Assembly: GCA_903825765.1 (NCBI GenBank)
Contig: CAIKBU010000091.1
Span: 1,791-65,790 of the forward strand
Direction: 5' to 3'
From: an uncultured Actinomycetes bacterium
GTDB lineage: Bacteria > Actinomycetota > Acidimicrobiia > Acidimicrobiales > RAAP-2
Length of the DNA: 64,000 nucleotides
Shown: piece after piece, positions 27,128-37,807 of the stretch
How positions within the stretch are numbered: position 1 is the first letter of the stretch
Layout of the letters: every line of letters starts with the position of its first letter
Notes under the pieces: model-generated
Told to the model about the DNA's origin: nothing
What the model saw: only the letters and a program-made list of their open reading frames with translations
Databases searched by the model: none
Translations under genes and position numbers: made by a program

Positions 27128-27768
27128 GACGCCTCCACGATGCGGCCACCGGCCATCACGACAATGTCGGGCTCGAGGGACGTCGACCGAAGTACGTCGT
27201 GGGCACTCATGACCACCGTGCCCCCACCGCGCTGCACGTCATCGAGGAGTTCGTCGAAAAACCGTCGCCCCTCGTCATCCAGCGACGCGTACGGCTCATC
27301 GAGGAGCCAAAGTTCGGCGCGCCGCACCAACAGCCAGGCGAGGCTCAACCGGCGGCGCTGTCCGGCGGAGAGGTCTTTCGTGCGAACGTCACTGCGGTGA
27401 GCGAGTCCGACCCGTTCCAGCGCGGGAGCAATCTCGTCGAGTGGGCGCTGTAGCGCGGTGGCGGCGAAGACTAAATTCTCCCGCACGCTGAGGTCTTGAT
27501 AGAACGAACCGTCGTGCCCGAGCCAACCAACGCGGCGGCGAACCTCCGCATGTTGACTCACGAGGTCCACACCGAGCACCGTGGCGGCACCATGCGTTAC
27601 CGAAAGGACGCCCGCCAGGAGCCGGAGCAGACTCGTCTTTCCCGATCCGTTCGCCCCCGTGACCACCGTCAACGAGCCCGTGGCGAGCGACAAACTAACG
27701 CCGCTCAAGAGTGGAAACTGCTGCTGCACCGCGACGACGTCGCGCAGTTCGGCCGCTGAGGGGGACAT
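27124..27768 (-). CDS. ccmA: Heme exporter ATP-binding protein CcmA
   Basis: Walker A GANGSGKTS, signature LSAGQRRR, Walker B LWLLDEP; about 210 aa, as expected for CcmA. Confidence 0.8.
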   Translation of the reverse strand: MSPSAAELRDVVAVQQQFPLLSGVSLSLATGSLTVVTGANGSGKTSLLRLLAGVLSVTHGAATVLGVDLVSQHAEVRRRVGWLGHDGSFYQDLSVRENLVFAATALQRPLDEIAPALERVGLAHRSDVRTKDLSAGQRRRLSLAWLLVRRAELWLLDEPYASLDDEGRRFFDELLDDVQRGGGTVVMSAHDVLRSTSLEPDIVVMAGGRIVEAS

Positions 27769-27773
27769 CGTCG

Positions 27774-28787
<1,014 letters not shown>

Positions 28788-28826
28788 CTACTCGTGACGG
28801 GAAAAAGTCGTGAGTAGGGTGTCGTA

Positions 28827-29861
28827 ATGGCCACAATCGCCATTGTTAGTTTTCGCCTCGGCGGTGATGACGGTGTCTCAATTGAGGCGGCTAAATGGAT
28901 CGGCGCCTTGGCTCAACTCGGCCATTCCATTCGGACTATCGCTGGGGCCGGGCCGGTTGACGTCCTGCTGCCCGGGCTAGCCATTGACGCCGCCACGCCG
29001 CCCACACGTCACGATCTCAGCATGGCCCTCGAGGGCGTTGATCTCGTCATCGTCGAAAACCTCTTGTCGCTTCCCCTTAACGTGGCCGCTCGCGATGTGC
29101 TCGCCGCCGCGCTGCGCGGTCGTCCCGCCCTGCTCCACCATCACGACCTACCCTGGCAACGCGCCCACCTCGCCCACCTCGATGGTCCCTTCGACGACGA
29201 AGCGTGGACACACGTCACCATCAACGATCGCTCGCGACGGGAACTCGCCGAACGCGGCATTGTCGCGGAAGTACTACGCAACACCTTTGACTGTGATCCA
29301 CCCCCCGGTCGGCGCGAGCAAACCCGAGCAATTCTCGACGTCGGCGAACGCCCACTCGCCCTCTGTCCCGTTCGCGCCATCGCCCGAAAGAACTTGCCCG
29401 GTGCCCTGCACCTCGCTGAGCAGCTGGGAGTCGCGCTGTGGCTCCTCGGTGGGGCCGAGGACGGGTATGAGGAGGAACTGTCGAAGCTCGCTCAGCGGGC
29501 TACAGTGCCCCTGCTACAGGGCAAGCCCGACGAGGTCACCATCCACGACGCCTACGCGGCCTGCGACCTGGTCATCATGGCCTCAACGTGGGAAGGGTTT
29601 GGCAACCCCGTCATCGAGTCAGTGACCCATCGACGACCGCTGGCCCTCTATCGCTACCCCGTCGCCCTCGAACTACTGGCGTTCGGGTTTTCCTTTTCCT
29701 CTCTGGATGATGTCGACGAGTTGCGTCGTGAGCTCATCGTGCCTGATGAAGCCCGACGCGAGGCCAATCTCGCGGTGGCGCGTGCCCATTTCTCGCTCGC
29801 CGAACTCCCGTGGGCACTCGAGCGACTCCTCCAGTGTCACTTTGGCCAACTCGACCTATAA
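28827..29861 (+). CDS. GT-B fold glycosyltransferase (GT4-like)
   Basis: C-terminal donor-binding region ASTWEGFGNPVIES (EX7E-like). Divergent from gmd. Confidence 0.7.
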   Translation: MATIAIVSFRLGGDDGVSIEAAKWIGALAQLGHSIRTIAGAGPVDVLLPGLAIDAATPPTRHDLSMALEGVDLVIVENLLSLPLNVAARDVLAAALRGRPALLHHHDLPWQRAHLAHLDGPFDDEAWTHVTINDRSRRELAERGIVAEVLRNTFDCDPPPGRREQTRAILDVGERPLALCPVRAIARKNLPGALHLAEQLGVALWLLGGAEDGYEEELSKLAQRATVPLLQGKPDEVTIHDAYAACDLVIMASTWEGFGNPVIESVTHRRPLALYRYPVALELLAFGFSFSSLDDVDELRRELIVPDEARREANLAVARAHFSLAELPWALERLLQCHFGQLDL

Positions 29862-29871
29862 AGTTTCCCGA

Positions 29872-30483
29872 ATGGTTCTGCCCGACGAACGCCCAAACAC
29901 CGTCGAACGACGCCAATACTTCCTAGACACCGCCAAGCGCGTTTTTGCTTCGAGCGGTTTCCAGTCGACCACGATGGAAGACATCGCGCGTGAGGCGGGC
30001 TTCACCAAGCCGATTCTCTACCAGCACTTCACGTCCAAGGGCACGCTCTATCACGAGATTGTCGCGGCCACCGGTGCCACTCTTATCAACCGCATGATGG
30101 AGGCCGTCTCGGCCAAGGTCCTTCCTCGAGAGAAAATCCTGGCCGCGTTCCACGTGTACTTCGACATGGTCGTCCACGACTCGGACGCCTTCCGCATCCT
30201 TTTCATGCACGAGCACGACGGTGAGACAGCGGCCGAATTGCGTGAAGTGGAAATGAATTTCGTCTCCTTCATTGTCCCCTACATCGACTCGGGTATGGAC
30301 TACGAGCAACGTCGGCTCCTCGCGGCGGGCATCGTTGGCATGGCGGAAGGCTCCGCCATCTACTGGCTAATCCAGCAAGAACACCTCGGCTGGCCGACTC
30401 CACCGGAGGGCGAAGCCGAAACAATGGCGGCCCACTGCGCCACTTTGGCGTGGGGTGGACTGCGCGCCCTACTGCGCGACTAG
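29872..30483 (+). CDS. TetR-family transcription regulator
   Basis: HTH TTMEDIAREAGFTKPILYQHFTSK. The listed ORF start (29707) overlaps the glycosyltransferase, so ATG 29872 is preferred. Confidence 0.8.
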   Translation: MVLPDERPNTVERRQYFLDTAKRVFASSGFQSTTMEDIAREAGFTKPILYQHFTSKGTLYHEIVAATGATLINRMMEAVSAKVLPREKILAAFHVYFDMVVHDSDAFRILFMHEHDGETAAELREVEMNFVSFIVPYIDSGMDYEQRRLLAAGIVGMAEGSAIYWLIQQEHLGWPTPPEGEAETMAAHCATLAWGGLRALLRD

Positions 30484-31694
30484 CGAATCTTCAGGCCCGA
30501 AATACTTCGGGCGATGATGAGTCGCTGGATCTCACTCGTCCCCTCAAAGATGGTGTAAATCTTGGCGTCACGGTGCCACTGTTCCACGGGGCAGTCGCGG
30601 GTGTAGCCGAAGCCCCCGACAATCTGAATGGCCTTGTCAGTCACGCTGACGGCAGCCTCGCTCGCCGCCAGTTTCGCCATTGAGCCTTCGCCCTTGGTAA
30701 ACGGAAGTCGTTGCGCGGCCATCCACGCCGCTCGCCAGACGAGTAGCCGAGCGCTCTCAATAGAAATCGCCATATCGGCCAGGGCGAATGCGATGGACTG
30801 GTTCTCAATAATTGGCCGACCGAATTGGACGCGCTCCTTGGCGTGGTCCAACGCGTACTCGTACGCCGCGCGGGCAATACCGAGGGCCTGGGCGCCAACG
30901 GCGGGACGCGAGAGTTCAAACGTCGCCATGGCCGCTTGCTGGGAGGAGCGGACCCCCTCTCGAGCTCGCGCGAAGCGTTCGTCGAGTTGCTCTTTGCCGC
31001 CGAGCAGTAAGTGACCCGGCACCCGGCACCCCTCGAGCACGACCTCAGCGGTGTGACTTGCGCGAATGCCCATCTTTTGAAACTTCCTACCCATGCGGAG
31101 TCCGGGCGTACCCGCCGGAACGACGAAGGAGGCCTGCCCACGCGAACCCAACGACGGATCAACAGTGGCCACGACGACGTGGACGGCGGCGATACCACCG
31201 TTCGTGATCCACGTCTTGGTGCCATCGAGCACCCACTCGTCGGTCGCTTCGTCGTACCCGGCGCGCGTTCGTAGCGACGACACGTCGCTCCCGGCGTCCG
31301 CTTCGGAGACACAGAACGCCGCGACCTGCGGGTCACTCGGCGTGCCGAAGCAGGCGGGAATCCACTCCATTTGTTGTTCGGGGGTTCCCGCGGCCAGCAG
31401 TCCCGCAACGGCGAGCGTCGAGCCCATAATGCTCATACACAGACCGGCGTCACCCCACGCCAGTTCCTCGAGGGCAACCATGAGTGTCAGCCCCGTCGGG
31501 TCGGCGTAGGCGTTGGCGAAGAAATCAAAACTGTAAATACCAGTGTCGGCCGCGGCACGAATGAACGACCAGGGGGTTTCTTCTCGTTCATCCCATTCGT
31601 GCGCGATAGGTCGCATCGCCGACACGGCGAAGCCGTGGACCCACTCTTGGATGGTGCGCTGTTCGTCGTTCAGCGACATTGAAAATGATTCCAC
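30480..31694 (-). CDS. Acyl-CoA dehydrogenase
   Basis: 404 aa with ACAD N, middle and C domains (CVSEADAGSD, WITNGG, QIVGGFGY...EGTSEIQR). Confidence 0.9.
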   Translation of the reverse strand: MESFSMSLNDEQRTIQEWVHGFAVSAMRPIAHEWDEREETPWSFIRAAADTGIYSFDFFANAYADPTGLTLMVALEELAWGDAGLCMSIMGSTLAVAGLLAAGTPEQQMEWIPACFGTPSDPQVAAFCVSEADAGSDVSSLRTRAGYDEATDEWVLDGTKTWITNGGIAAVHVVVATVDPSLGSRGQASFVVPAGTPGLRMGRKFQKMGIRASHTAEVVLEGCRVPGHLLLGGKEQLDERFARAREGVRSSQQAAMATFELSRPAVGAQALGIARAAYEYALDHAKERVQFGRPIIENQSIAFALADMAISIESARLLVWRAAWMAAQRLPFTKGEGSMAKLAASEAAVSVTDKAIQIVGGFGYTRDCPVEQWHRDAKIYTIFEGTSEIQRLIIARSISGLKIR

Positions 31695-31745
31695 CGGTCC
31701 ACCTCACCTGTTCGTACTAGTGAACTTACAGCGTTGGAGAAATGG

Positions 31746-31778
31746 AAAGAGCCGCTGCCCGAAGGCAACGGCTCTTTT
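31746..31778 (-). terminator. Intrinsic terminator hairpin downstream of csp
   Basis: On the minus strand: AAGAGCCGUUGCC-UUCG-GGCAGCGGCUCUU, with one G-U pair and a UUCG loop, followed by a U-containing tail. Lies 18 nt after the csp stop. Confidence 0.6.
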
Positions 31779-31795
31779 CAAATTCGAATGAATGG

Positions 31796-31996
31796 TTAGT
31801 TCAGGACGACGCGCTTGGCGAGTGGGCCACGGTCACCGGGCTCCACATCAAACTCGACCGACTGACCCTCGACGAGTGTCTTGCGACCCTCACCCTGGAT
31901 CTCCGAGTAGTGAACAAAGACGTCTGGCTGGCCATCGCAAGCGATGAAGCCCCAACCCTTCTCGTCATTGAACCACTTAACGGTTCCTACAGCCAC
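31796..31996 (-). CDS. csp: Cold-shock protein (CspA family)
   Basis: [15 protein letters not shown] (RNP1) and VFVHYS (RNP2). GTG start preceded by AAGGAGG; the listed ORF extends artificially to 32059. Confidence 0.95.
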   Translation of the reverse strand: MAVGTVKWFNDEKGWGFIACDGQPDVFVHYSEIQGEGRKTLVEGQSVEFDVEPGDRGPLAKRVVLN

Positions 31997-32105
31997 TGGG
32001 GCCTCCTTGTTTCTTTGCAACCGACAATTCGCCGGCTCCGGAGGGAACCACAACGGCAACCTCTCCCCTAACCATAGATGCTGGCGCTGAAATTACCAAA
32101 TCAAT

Positions 32106-33497
32106 TCACGGGCGTCGGATGAGGGTTCCCGTGGGACTGTCCTCCACAATCCAGCCCTCGGCGACCAAAACGTCTCGCAGTCGGTCCGCTTCAGCCCAAT
32201 TTTTGCTCCCACGAGCCTCATCACGGGCATCCACCAGGGCCTGCGTGTCGTCGTCACTAACGTCGGCGGCGCCGTCGACGGCGAGACCCAGGCTGGCGAA
32301 AAGTACAGCAATTGTCTGGGCGAGGGACTGCGCCGCATCGTCATCGCCCCCGTCCGCAAGGGCGTTGGCGATTGAGAGGGCCTCGAAGAGTTCCGCGACG
32401 GCCACGGGCGTATTGAGATCGTCGTCGAGCACGTCGGCGACGCGGTTCACCAGGTCCTGACTGGCCCCAGCGAAGGAAAACTCGTCACGTCGCACAAATG
32501 AAGATCCCGCCAAGGCGGGCAAGTTGAAGCGTCTCGCCAGCGCGTCGAGGCGAGCGAGGCCACGCTCGGCGTCGGCAATGGTCGTTGGCGACACTTCGAT
32601 TGGCGAGCGGTAGTGGGAGCGAAGAACGAGGAGGCGGTACGCGCGAGCGTCGGTGCGCTCGAGCATGTCAGTGAGCGAGGTGAAGTTCCCGAGGGACTTA
32701 CTCATTTTCTGGTCACCGACCATTACCCACCCATTGTGGCCCCAGTGTTGCGCGAACGGTCGATTCGCAGCAACCGCCTGAGCTCGCTCATTTTCGTGGT
32801 GGGGAAACTTAAGATCAAAGCCGCCGCAGTGCAGGTCGAAGCCGTCGCCGAGGAGATCGAGTGACATCACGACGCATTCGGTGTGCCAGCCCGGACGCCC
32901 ATCACCAAAGGGAGCGGGCCAGAAAGGTTCGTTGGGCTTGGCGAACTTCCACAGAGCAAAGTCGAGTGGCGAACGCTTTTCGTCATTCGTCTCAATGCGT
33001 GCACCGGCCCGCAGTGACTCGAGTGGCTGTCCGGCGAGGAGACCGTAGTCGGGCACCCGCCGCACGTCGAAGTAGAGACCGTCACTGGTGACGTAGGCAA
33101 CGTCATCGGCCAAGAACTGCGCAATGAGGGCCACCATACCCTCGACGTACGCGGTCGCGTGGGGCACGTCATCGGGACGGGCCACGCCAATGGCGGCCAT
33201 GGCCTTCCACCACTCGTCTTCGTAGGTCCCCGCCACCGCGGACTCCGTGGTGCCCTCTCGCGTCGCGCGGCCAATGATGTTGTCGTCAATGTCGGTGATG
33301 TTGGAGACAAAACGAACCGTCAGCCCCTGAAAGGTGAACCACCGTCGCGCCACGTCCCAGACGAGTGTGAAACGGCCGTGGCCGAGGTGCGGCAGATCGT
33401 AGACCGTGGGTCCGCACACGTACATCGAGAGGTGTCCTGGCTCGCGCAGAACGAGGGGGCGAATCTCACCGTGGACAGTGTCAAAGAGTCGTAGCAC
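32106..33497 (-). CDS. cysS: Cysteinyl-tRNA synthetase
   Basis: CGPTVYDLPHLGHGR (HIGH-type) and KMSKSLGN. 463 aa with the full C-terminal anticodon-binding tail, which favours CysS over MshC. Confidence 0.9.
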   Translation of the reverse strand: MLRLFDTVHGEIRPLVLREPGHLSMYVCGPTVYDLPHLGHGRFTLVWDVARRWFTFQGLTVRFVSNITDIDDNIIGRATREGTTESAVAGTYEDEWWKAMAAIGVARPDDVPHATAYVEGMVALIAQFLADDVAYVTSDGLYFDVRRVPDYGLLAGQPLESLRAGARIETNDEKRSPLDFALWKFAKPNEPFWPAPFGDGRPGWHTECVVMSLDLLGDGFDLHCGGFDLKFPHHENERAQAVAANRPFAQHWGHNGWVMVGDQKMSKSLGNFTSLTDMLERTDARAYRLLVLRSHYRSPIEVSPTTIADAERGLARLDALARRFNLPALAGSSFVRRDEFSFAGASQDLVNRVADVLDDDLNTPVAVAELFEALSIANALADGGDDDAAQSLAQTIAVLFASLGLAVDGAADVSDDDTQALVDARDEARGSKNWAEADRLRDVLVAEGWIVEDSPTGTLIRRP

Positions 33498-33550
33498 CCC
33501 TCAAACTTAGACAACGTGAGCCCCCCGCAATCGTCGTCGTTCTAAACTTC

Positions 33551-36121
33551 GTGACTATGACTGACACTGCCCCCCGCGCCATTCCCGACAAGCCGACGGT
33601 CGATGGCCTCGAGGCCGCTTGGATCGATCGTTGGGACGCCGAAGGCGTGTACACCTTTGATCGCACCGCCACTCGCGACCACGTCTTCTCCATCGACACG
33701 CCTCCGCCTACCGTGTCGGGTTCGCTGCACATCGGTCACGTCTTTAGTTACACTCACGCCGACGTGATTGCCCGCTACCAGCGCATGGCCGGCAAGCACG
33801 TGTTCTACCCGATGGGCTGGGACGACAACGGTCTCCCCACCGAACGTCGTGTCGAGAACTACTTCGGCGTCCGCTGCGACCCCTCGCTCCCCTACGACCC
33901 TGATTTCGTGGCCCCCGAGAAGCCCGCGGAGCAGAAGATTTCCATCTCACGGAAAAATTTCGTCGAGCTCTGTCACCAGTTGACGGCGGCCGACGAGGAG
34001 GTCTTCAAGGACCTCTGGCGCCACTTGGGCGTGTCCATTGACTGGTCACTCGAATACTCCACCATCTCCGCCCACGCGCAGGCCATTTCCCAGCGCGCCT
34101 TCCTTGACTTACTCGAGCGCGGCCAGGTCTACTCACAGGTAGCGCCGACGCTGTGGGACGTCGACTTCCGTACGGCGGTGTCCCAGGCCGAACTCGAAGA
34201 TCGTGAGCGGCCTGGCAACTACCACCGCGTTTCGTTCCCCCTCGCCGACGGCAACGGGGCGATTGACATTGAGACGACGCGTCCCGAGCTGCTTCCATCC
34301 TGCGTTGCTCTCGTCGCCCACCCCGACGACCCTCGCTATCAGCCCTACTTCGGTCGACAGGTCGTCACGCCACTGTTCCACGTGCCGGTGCCCGTGCTCG
34401 CCCACGAACTCGCCGACCCGGAGAAGGGTTCGGGTATTGCCATGATTTGCACCTTCGGTGACACCACCGACGTGACCTGGTGGCGCGAACTACACCTCCC
34501 CACGCGCGCACTCATCGGCCGCGACGGCCGGTACCTGCCCGCCGACTTTTCGAGCGATCAGTTCCCGAGTACCAACCCTCAGTCGGCGCAGGACTTTTAC
34601 GCGACGCTCGAGGGCAAAACCGTCAACCAGGTTCGCGCCGCGATTGTCGACTCCCTCCGCGACGCTGGATTCTTAATTGGTGAGTTGCGCCCCATTACGC
34701 ACCCCGTCAAGTTCTACGAAAAGGGTGAACGTCCACTCGAAATCGTGACGTCGCGTCAATGGTTCGTACGCACTCTGGAACACCGCGACGAACTCTTGGC
34801 CCGTGGCGAACAGCTGCATTGGCACCCTGACTTCATGAAGCACCGCTTTAGCTCCTGGGTTGAAGGTCTCAATGTTGACTGGAACATTTCACGTCAGCGT
34901 TTCTTCGGCGTCCCCTTCCCGGCCTGGTACCCGATGGACGAACACGGCGACATTGTCTTCGATACGCCGCTTTTGCCCCGCCTCGACGAGCTCCCGATCG
35001 ACCCCTCGAGCGACACTCCCGAGGGCTACCACGCCGATCAGCGCAATCAGCCCGGTGGTTTCGTGGGCGACCCCGACGTGATGGACACGTGGGCGACGAG
35101 TTCTCTCACGCCACAAATCGCCGGTCACTGGGGCACCGACCTCTTCGAGCGTGTCTTCCCAATGGACCTTCGCCCCCAGGCCCACGAAATTATTCGTACC
35201 TGGCTGTTCTCCACCGTCGTGCGGAGCCACTTCGCCCACGACTCGCTCCCCTTCACCAATGCGCTGATTTCGGGCTGGGTCCTCGACCCCGACCGCAAGA
35301 AAATGAGTAAGTCCGTTGGCAATGTCGTCACGCCAATGCCGTTGCTCCAGTCCCACGGGGCCGACGCCCTGCGCTACTGGGCCGCGTCGGGTCGCCCCGG
35401 CACCGACACCGCCATTGACGAAGCCCAGATGAAGAACGGTCGCCGTCTGGCCATCAAGATGCTGAACGCTTCCAAGTTTGCGCTGGGTCGGTTGGCCGAT
35501 CACTCGCCCACCTCGGTCGCGGACGTCACCGTCGCTCTTGACCGTGACCTCCTCGCCCAGCTCGCGGGCGTCATTAACGAGGCCTCGGCGGCCTTTGCTC
35601 GCTTCGACTATGCCCGCGCCCTCGAGCGAACCGAGAGCTTCTTCTGGTCCTTCTGTGACAATTACGTCGAACTAGTTAAGACTCGCGCGTACCGCGACGA
35701 GGATGCCGCCAGTCGTTCAGCTCGGGCCACGCTGTCACTGACGCTCTCCGCACTACAGCGCCTGCTCGCCCCAGTGTTGCCGTTTGTCACTGAAGAGGTG
35801 TGGCGCTGGTGGCACGACGAGTCGGTGCACCGCGCGGCCTGGCCGACCATCGCTGAATTGGGCGATGCCCCAGCGGCGACCGGCGTCTACGAAGCAGTCA
35901 ACGAGGTCATCGAGGCCGTGCGACGCGAGAAGAGCACCGCCAAGGTCTCGCAACGTCGGGCCGTGAGCGATCTCACGATTGCGGCACCGGCTGAATTCCT
36001 CGAGCGCGTTCGAAACGGCGCGGCGGACCTCATTGATGCCGGCGCAATTGAGGCAATCAACTACCACGAAGCGGAGTCGCTCAGCGTCACCGTAACCCTC
36101 GCCCCCGAGGCTGAGGCCTAA
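33551..36121 (+). CDS. valS: Valyl-tRNA synthetase (short form without the long C-terminal coiled coil)
   Basis: PPPTVSGSLHIGH and KMSKSVGN; CP1 editing domain present. GTG 33551 or ATG 33557. Confidence 0.95.
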   Translation: MTMTDTAPRAIPDKPTVDGLEAAWIDRWDAEGVYTFDRTATRDHVFSIDTPPPTVSGSLHIGHVFSYTHADVIARYQRMAGKHVFYPMGWDDNGLPTERRVENYFGVRCDPSLPYDPDFVAPEKPAEQKISISRKNFVELCHQLTAADEEVFKDLWRHLGVSIDWSLEYSTISAHAQAISQRAFLDLLERGQVYSQVAPTLWDVDFRTAVSQAELEDRERPGNYHRVSFPLADGNGAIDIETTRPELLPSCVALVAHPDDPRYQPYFGRQVVTPLFHVPVPVLAHELADPEKGSGIAMICTFGDTTDVTWWRELHLPTRALIGRDGRYLPADFSSDQFPSTNPQSAQDFYATLEGKTVNQVRAAIVDSLRDAGFLIGELRPITHPVKFYEKGERPLEIVTSRQWFVRTLEHRDELLARGEQLHWHPDFMKHRFSSWVEGLNVDWNISRQRFFGVPFPAWYPMDEHGDIVFDTPLLPRLDELPIDPSSDTPEGYHADQRNQPGGFVGDPDVMDTWATSSLTPQIAGHWGTDLFERVFPMDLRPQAHEIIRTWLFSTVVRSHFAHDSLPFTNALISGWVLDPDRKKMSKSVGNVVTPMPLLQSHGADALRYWAASGRPGTDTAIDEAQMKNGRRLAIKMLNASKFALGRLADHSPTSVADVTVALDRDLLAQLAGVINEASAAFARFDYARALERTESFFWSFCDNYVELVKTRAYRDEDAASRSARATLSLTLSALQRLLAPVLPFVTEEVWRWWHDESVHRAAWPTIAELGDAPAATGVYEAVNEVIEAVRREKSTAKVSQRRAVSDLTIAAPAEFLERVRNGAADLIDAGAIEAINYHEAESLSVTVTLAPEAEA

Positions 36122-37299
36122 CGCGTCAGTACCGACTGCGCGAAGGCCAGCGCCGCTCGCGTCGTCGCGGAGGTGCGCGGCGAGGCCGCGAAATCAAAGG
36201 CGTGCTGAGCGAGCGGCAGTTCGACGTAGTACAGCGGTGCCGTCGCGGTGGCTCGATACTTCTCAACGAAACTTCGAGCGACGTTGACATCGACCAACGT
36301 GTCGTTTCTGCCCTGGATGACGAGGAATGGCGGTGCGTCCGGATGGATCTGGTGCAGGGGAGAAATCGCTTCGAATCGTTCGGGGGTCTCGTCATACTGC
36401 GCGCCCAGCAGCCGTTGTTCGACCACGTACCGCAGCCCTTTGCCGCGTCCGCGCCAGTAGTACTCATCCCCGGTCATCTCGAGAACGCCGTAGAGGGAGA
36501 TGCACCCCCGCACCGTTGAATCGCCCTCAACTCGCAACGAAGTGAGGGCCGCTAAGTGGCCGCCCGCCGACGTCCCCGCAACAACGATCTGCTGCGGGTC
36601 TCCACCGTACGCTCGCACGTGACGCCGAACCCACGTCAGCGCGCTCTCGACGTCGTCACCTTGTGCCGGCCAGCGGTTCTGTGGCGCGAGCCGGTAGTTC
36701 ATCGTCACCACAATCCATCCCTGGGCGACGAACTCATGCAACATGGGTCGACTCTGGTCACGCTTGTTGCCAAATGCCCACGAGCCACCATGCACGTACA
36801 GCAGAACGGGGGCCCCGACGGGAGTGGTGGCCATGCGCCACACATCGAGTCGCTGTCGTGGATCCGGTCCGTAGACGACGTCATCACTACTGAGCAACCA
36901 TGACGGAGCGTACGGAATCTGAAGGAACGTCCGCCACCACGAGGAAAAAACGTCGTCGGACATTCGTCCGACCACCAGCGGCACACTGCTCGTGGCCATT
37001 GCTATGCGCACGAGACGTCGCACTCGCAACTGCGCCACGACCAACATCGCGTTGGCCACCACGACGACTACCGACAGACCGAGAATCAGTGCGCTGATCA
37101 TTGACCCACGTGGCCAACCCCACCACCACAAGAGGCCCAGACTCAGGCCCTGCACGACGATGGCGTGAAGTGGCAACTCACCCGCGGCCCATCCCACCGG
37201 AAACGCCACCAGCCGCAACGGCCAACGATTGGAGGGCCGTAACCCGGTCACCGCCGCAAGCAGTAACCACAAGGTCATCAGAACAATGACGTACTTCAT
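36118..37299 (-). CDS. Alpha/beta hydrolase (HSL-type esterase/lipase) with N-terminal membrane domain
   Basis: Oxyanion VHGGSWAFG and nucleophile elbow GTSAGGH. About 4 N-terminal TM spans. Confidence 0.7.
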   Translation of the reverse strand: MKYVIVLMTLWLLLAAVTGLRPSNRWPLRLVAFPVGWAAGELPLHAIVVQGLSLGLLWWWGWPRGSMISALILGLSVVVVVANAMLVVAQLRVRRLVRIAMATSSVPLVVGRMSDDVFSSWWRTFLQIPYAPSWLLSSDDVVYGPDPRQRLDVWRMATTPVGAPVLLYVHGGSWAFGNKRDQSRPMLHEFVAQGWIVVTMNYRLAPQNRWPAQGDDVESALTWVRRHVRAYGGDPQQIVVAGTSAGGHLAALTSLRVEGDSTVRGCISLYGVLEMTGDEYYWRGRGKGLRYVVEQRLLGAQYDETPERFEAISPLHQIHPDAPPFLVIQGRNDTLVDVNVARSFVEKYRATATAPLYYVELPLAQHAFDFAASPRTSATTRAALAFAQSVLTR

Positions 37300-37333
37300 G
37301 AGATGAGCGCCCCGAGGAAGTCAGCAACCACCA

Positions 37334-37795
37334 TTAGTGCGATGGCGGATCAATAATCACGAAGTCGACGTCGCGTGGGCGACCTTTCAGGGCGCGAACA
37401 ATCATGACCACCGTGATCAGGCCGAAAAATTCACAGGTGCCAATGACCAGCCAACCAATGGTGTCGAGGAAGACACCAACCACGAATCCATGAAGGATGC
37501 CGTGTCGCACCATCGACGCCACGAGGAGTGGAAGCCACGCGAATAGCCAACTGACGAATGGGGCAAAAAATACCACGCCCACGCGCCCACGCCACCCGAG
37601 CCAGAGACCAAAAACCGTCGTGGCGGCGAGAGCGAGCGCAAAACCATTGGCGTGCTGTGACCCACCGCTCTCGCACATCACGAGCGCAACCGCAACGGCG
37701 AGCGACCACACCACCATCGGCACGGTCACGCTCGCCTTCGCTCGCTGACCGACGTTGTCAAAGGTACCCATGCTCACAAAGTACCCGTTCCCCAC
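37334..37795 (-). CDS. Hypothetical integral membrane protein
   Basis: 153 aa with 4 hydrophobic spans and no recognisable family. Confidence 0.4.
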   Translation of the reverse strand: MGNGYFVSMGTFDNVGQRAKASVTVPMVVWSLAVAVALVMCESGGSQHANGFALALAATTVFGLWLGWRGRVGVVFFAPFVSWLFAWLPLLVASMVRHGILHGFVVGVFLDTIGWLVIGTCEFFGLITVVMIVRALKGRPRDVDFVIIDPPSH

Positions 37796-37807
37796 TACGC
37801 TCGCTAC

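Noticed and set aside
29707-29871. Upstream extension of the TetR ORF
   Set aside because: It overlaps the glycosyltransferase 3' end in another frame. The TetR HTH begins shortly after ATG 29872.
31997-32105. Possible extended coding start or separate ORF upstream of csp
   Set aside because: The 87-aa listed ORF adds a non-homologous N-terminus. The region is better explained as the long 5' UTR typical of cold-shock genes. No specific structure could be established by eye.
33498-33550. Possible T-box or riboswitch leader between divergent cysS and valS
   Set aside because: The spacer is only 53 nt. That is too short for a T-box or a known riboswitch, and no specifier or antiterminator-like structure is visible.
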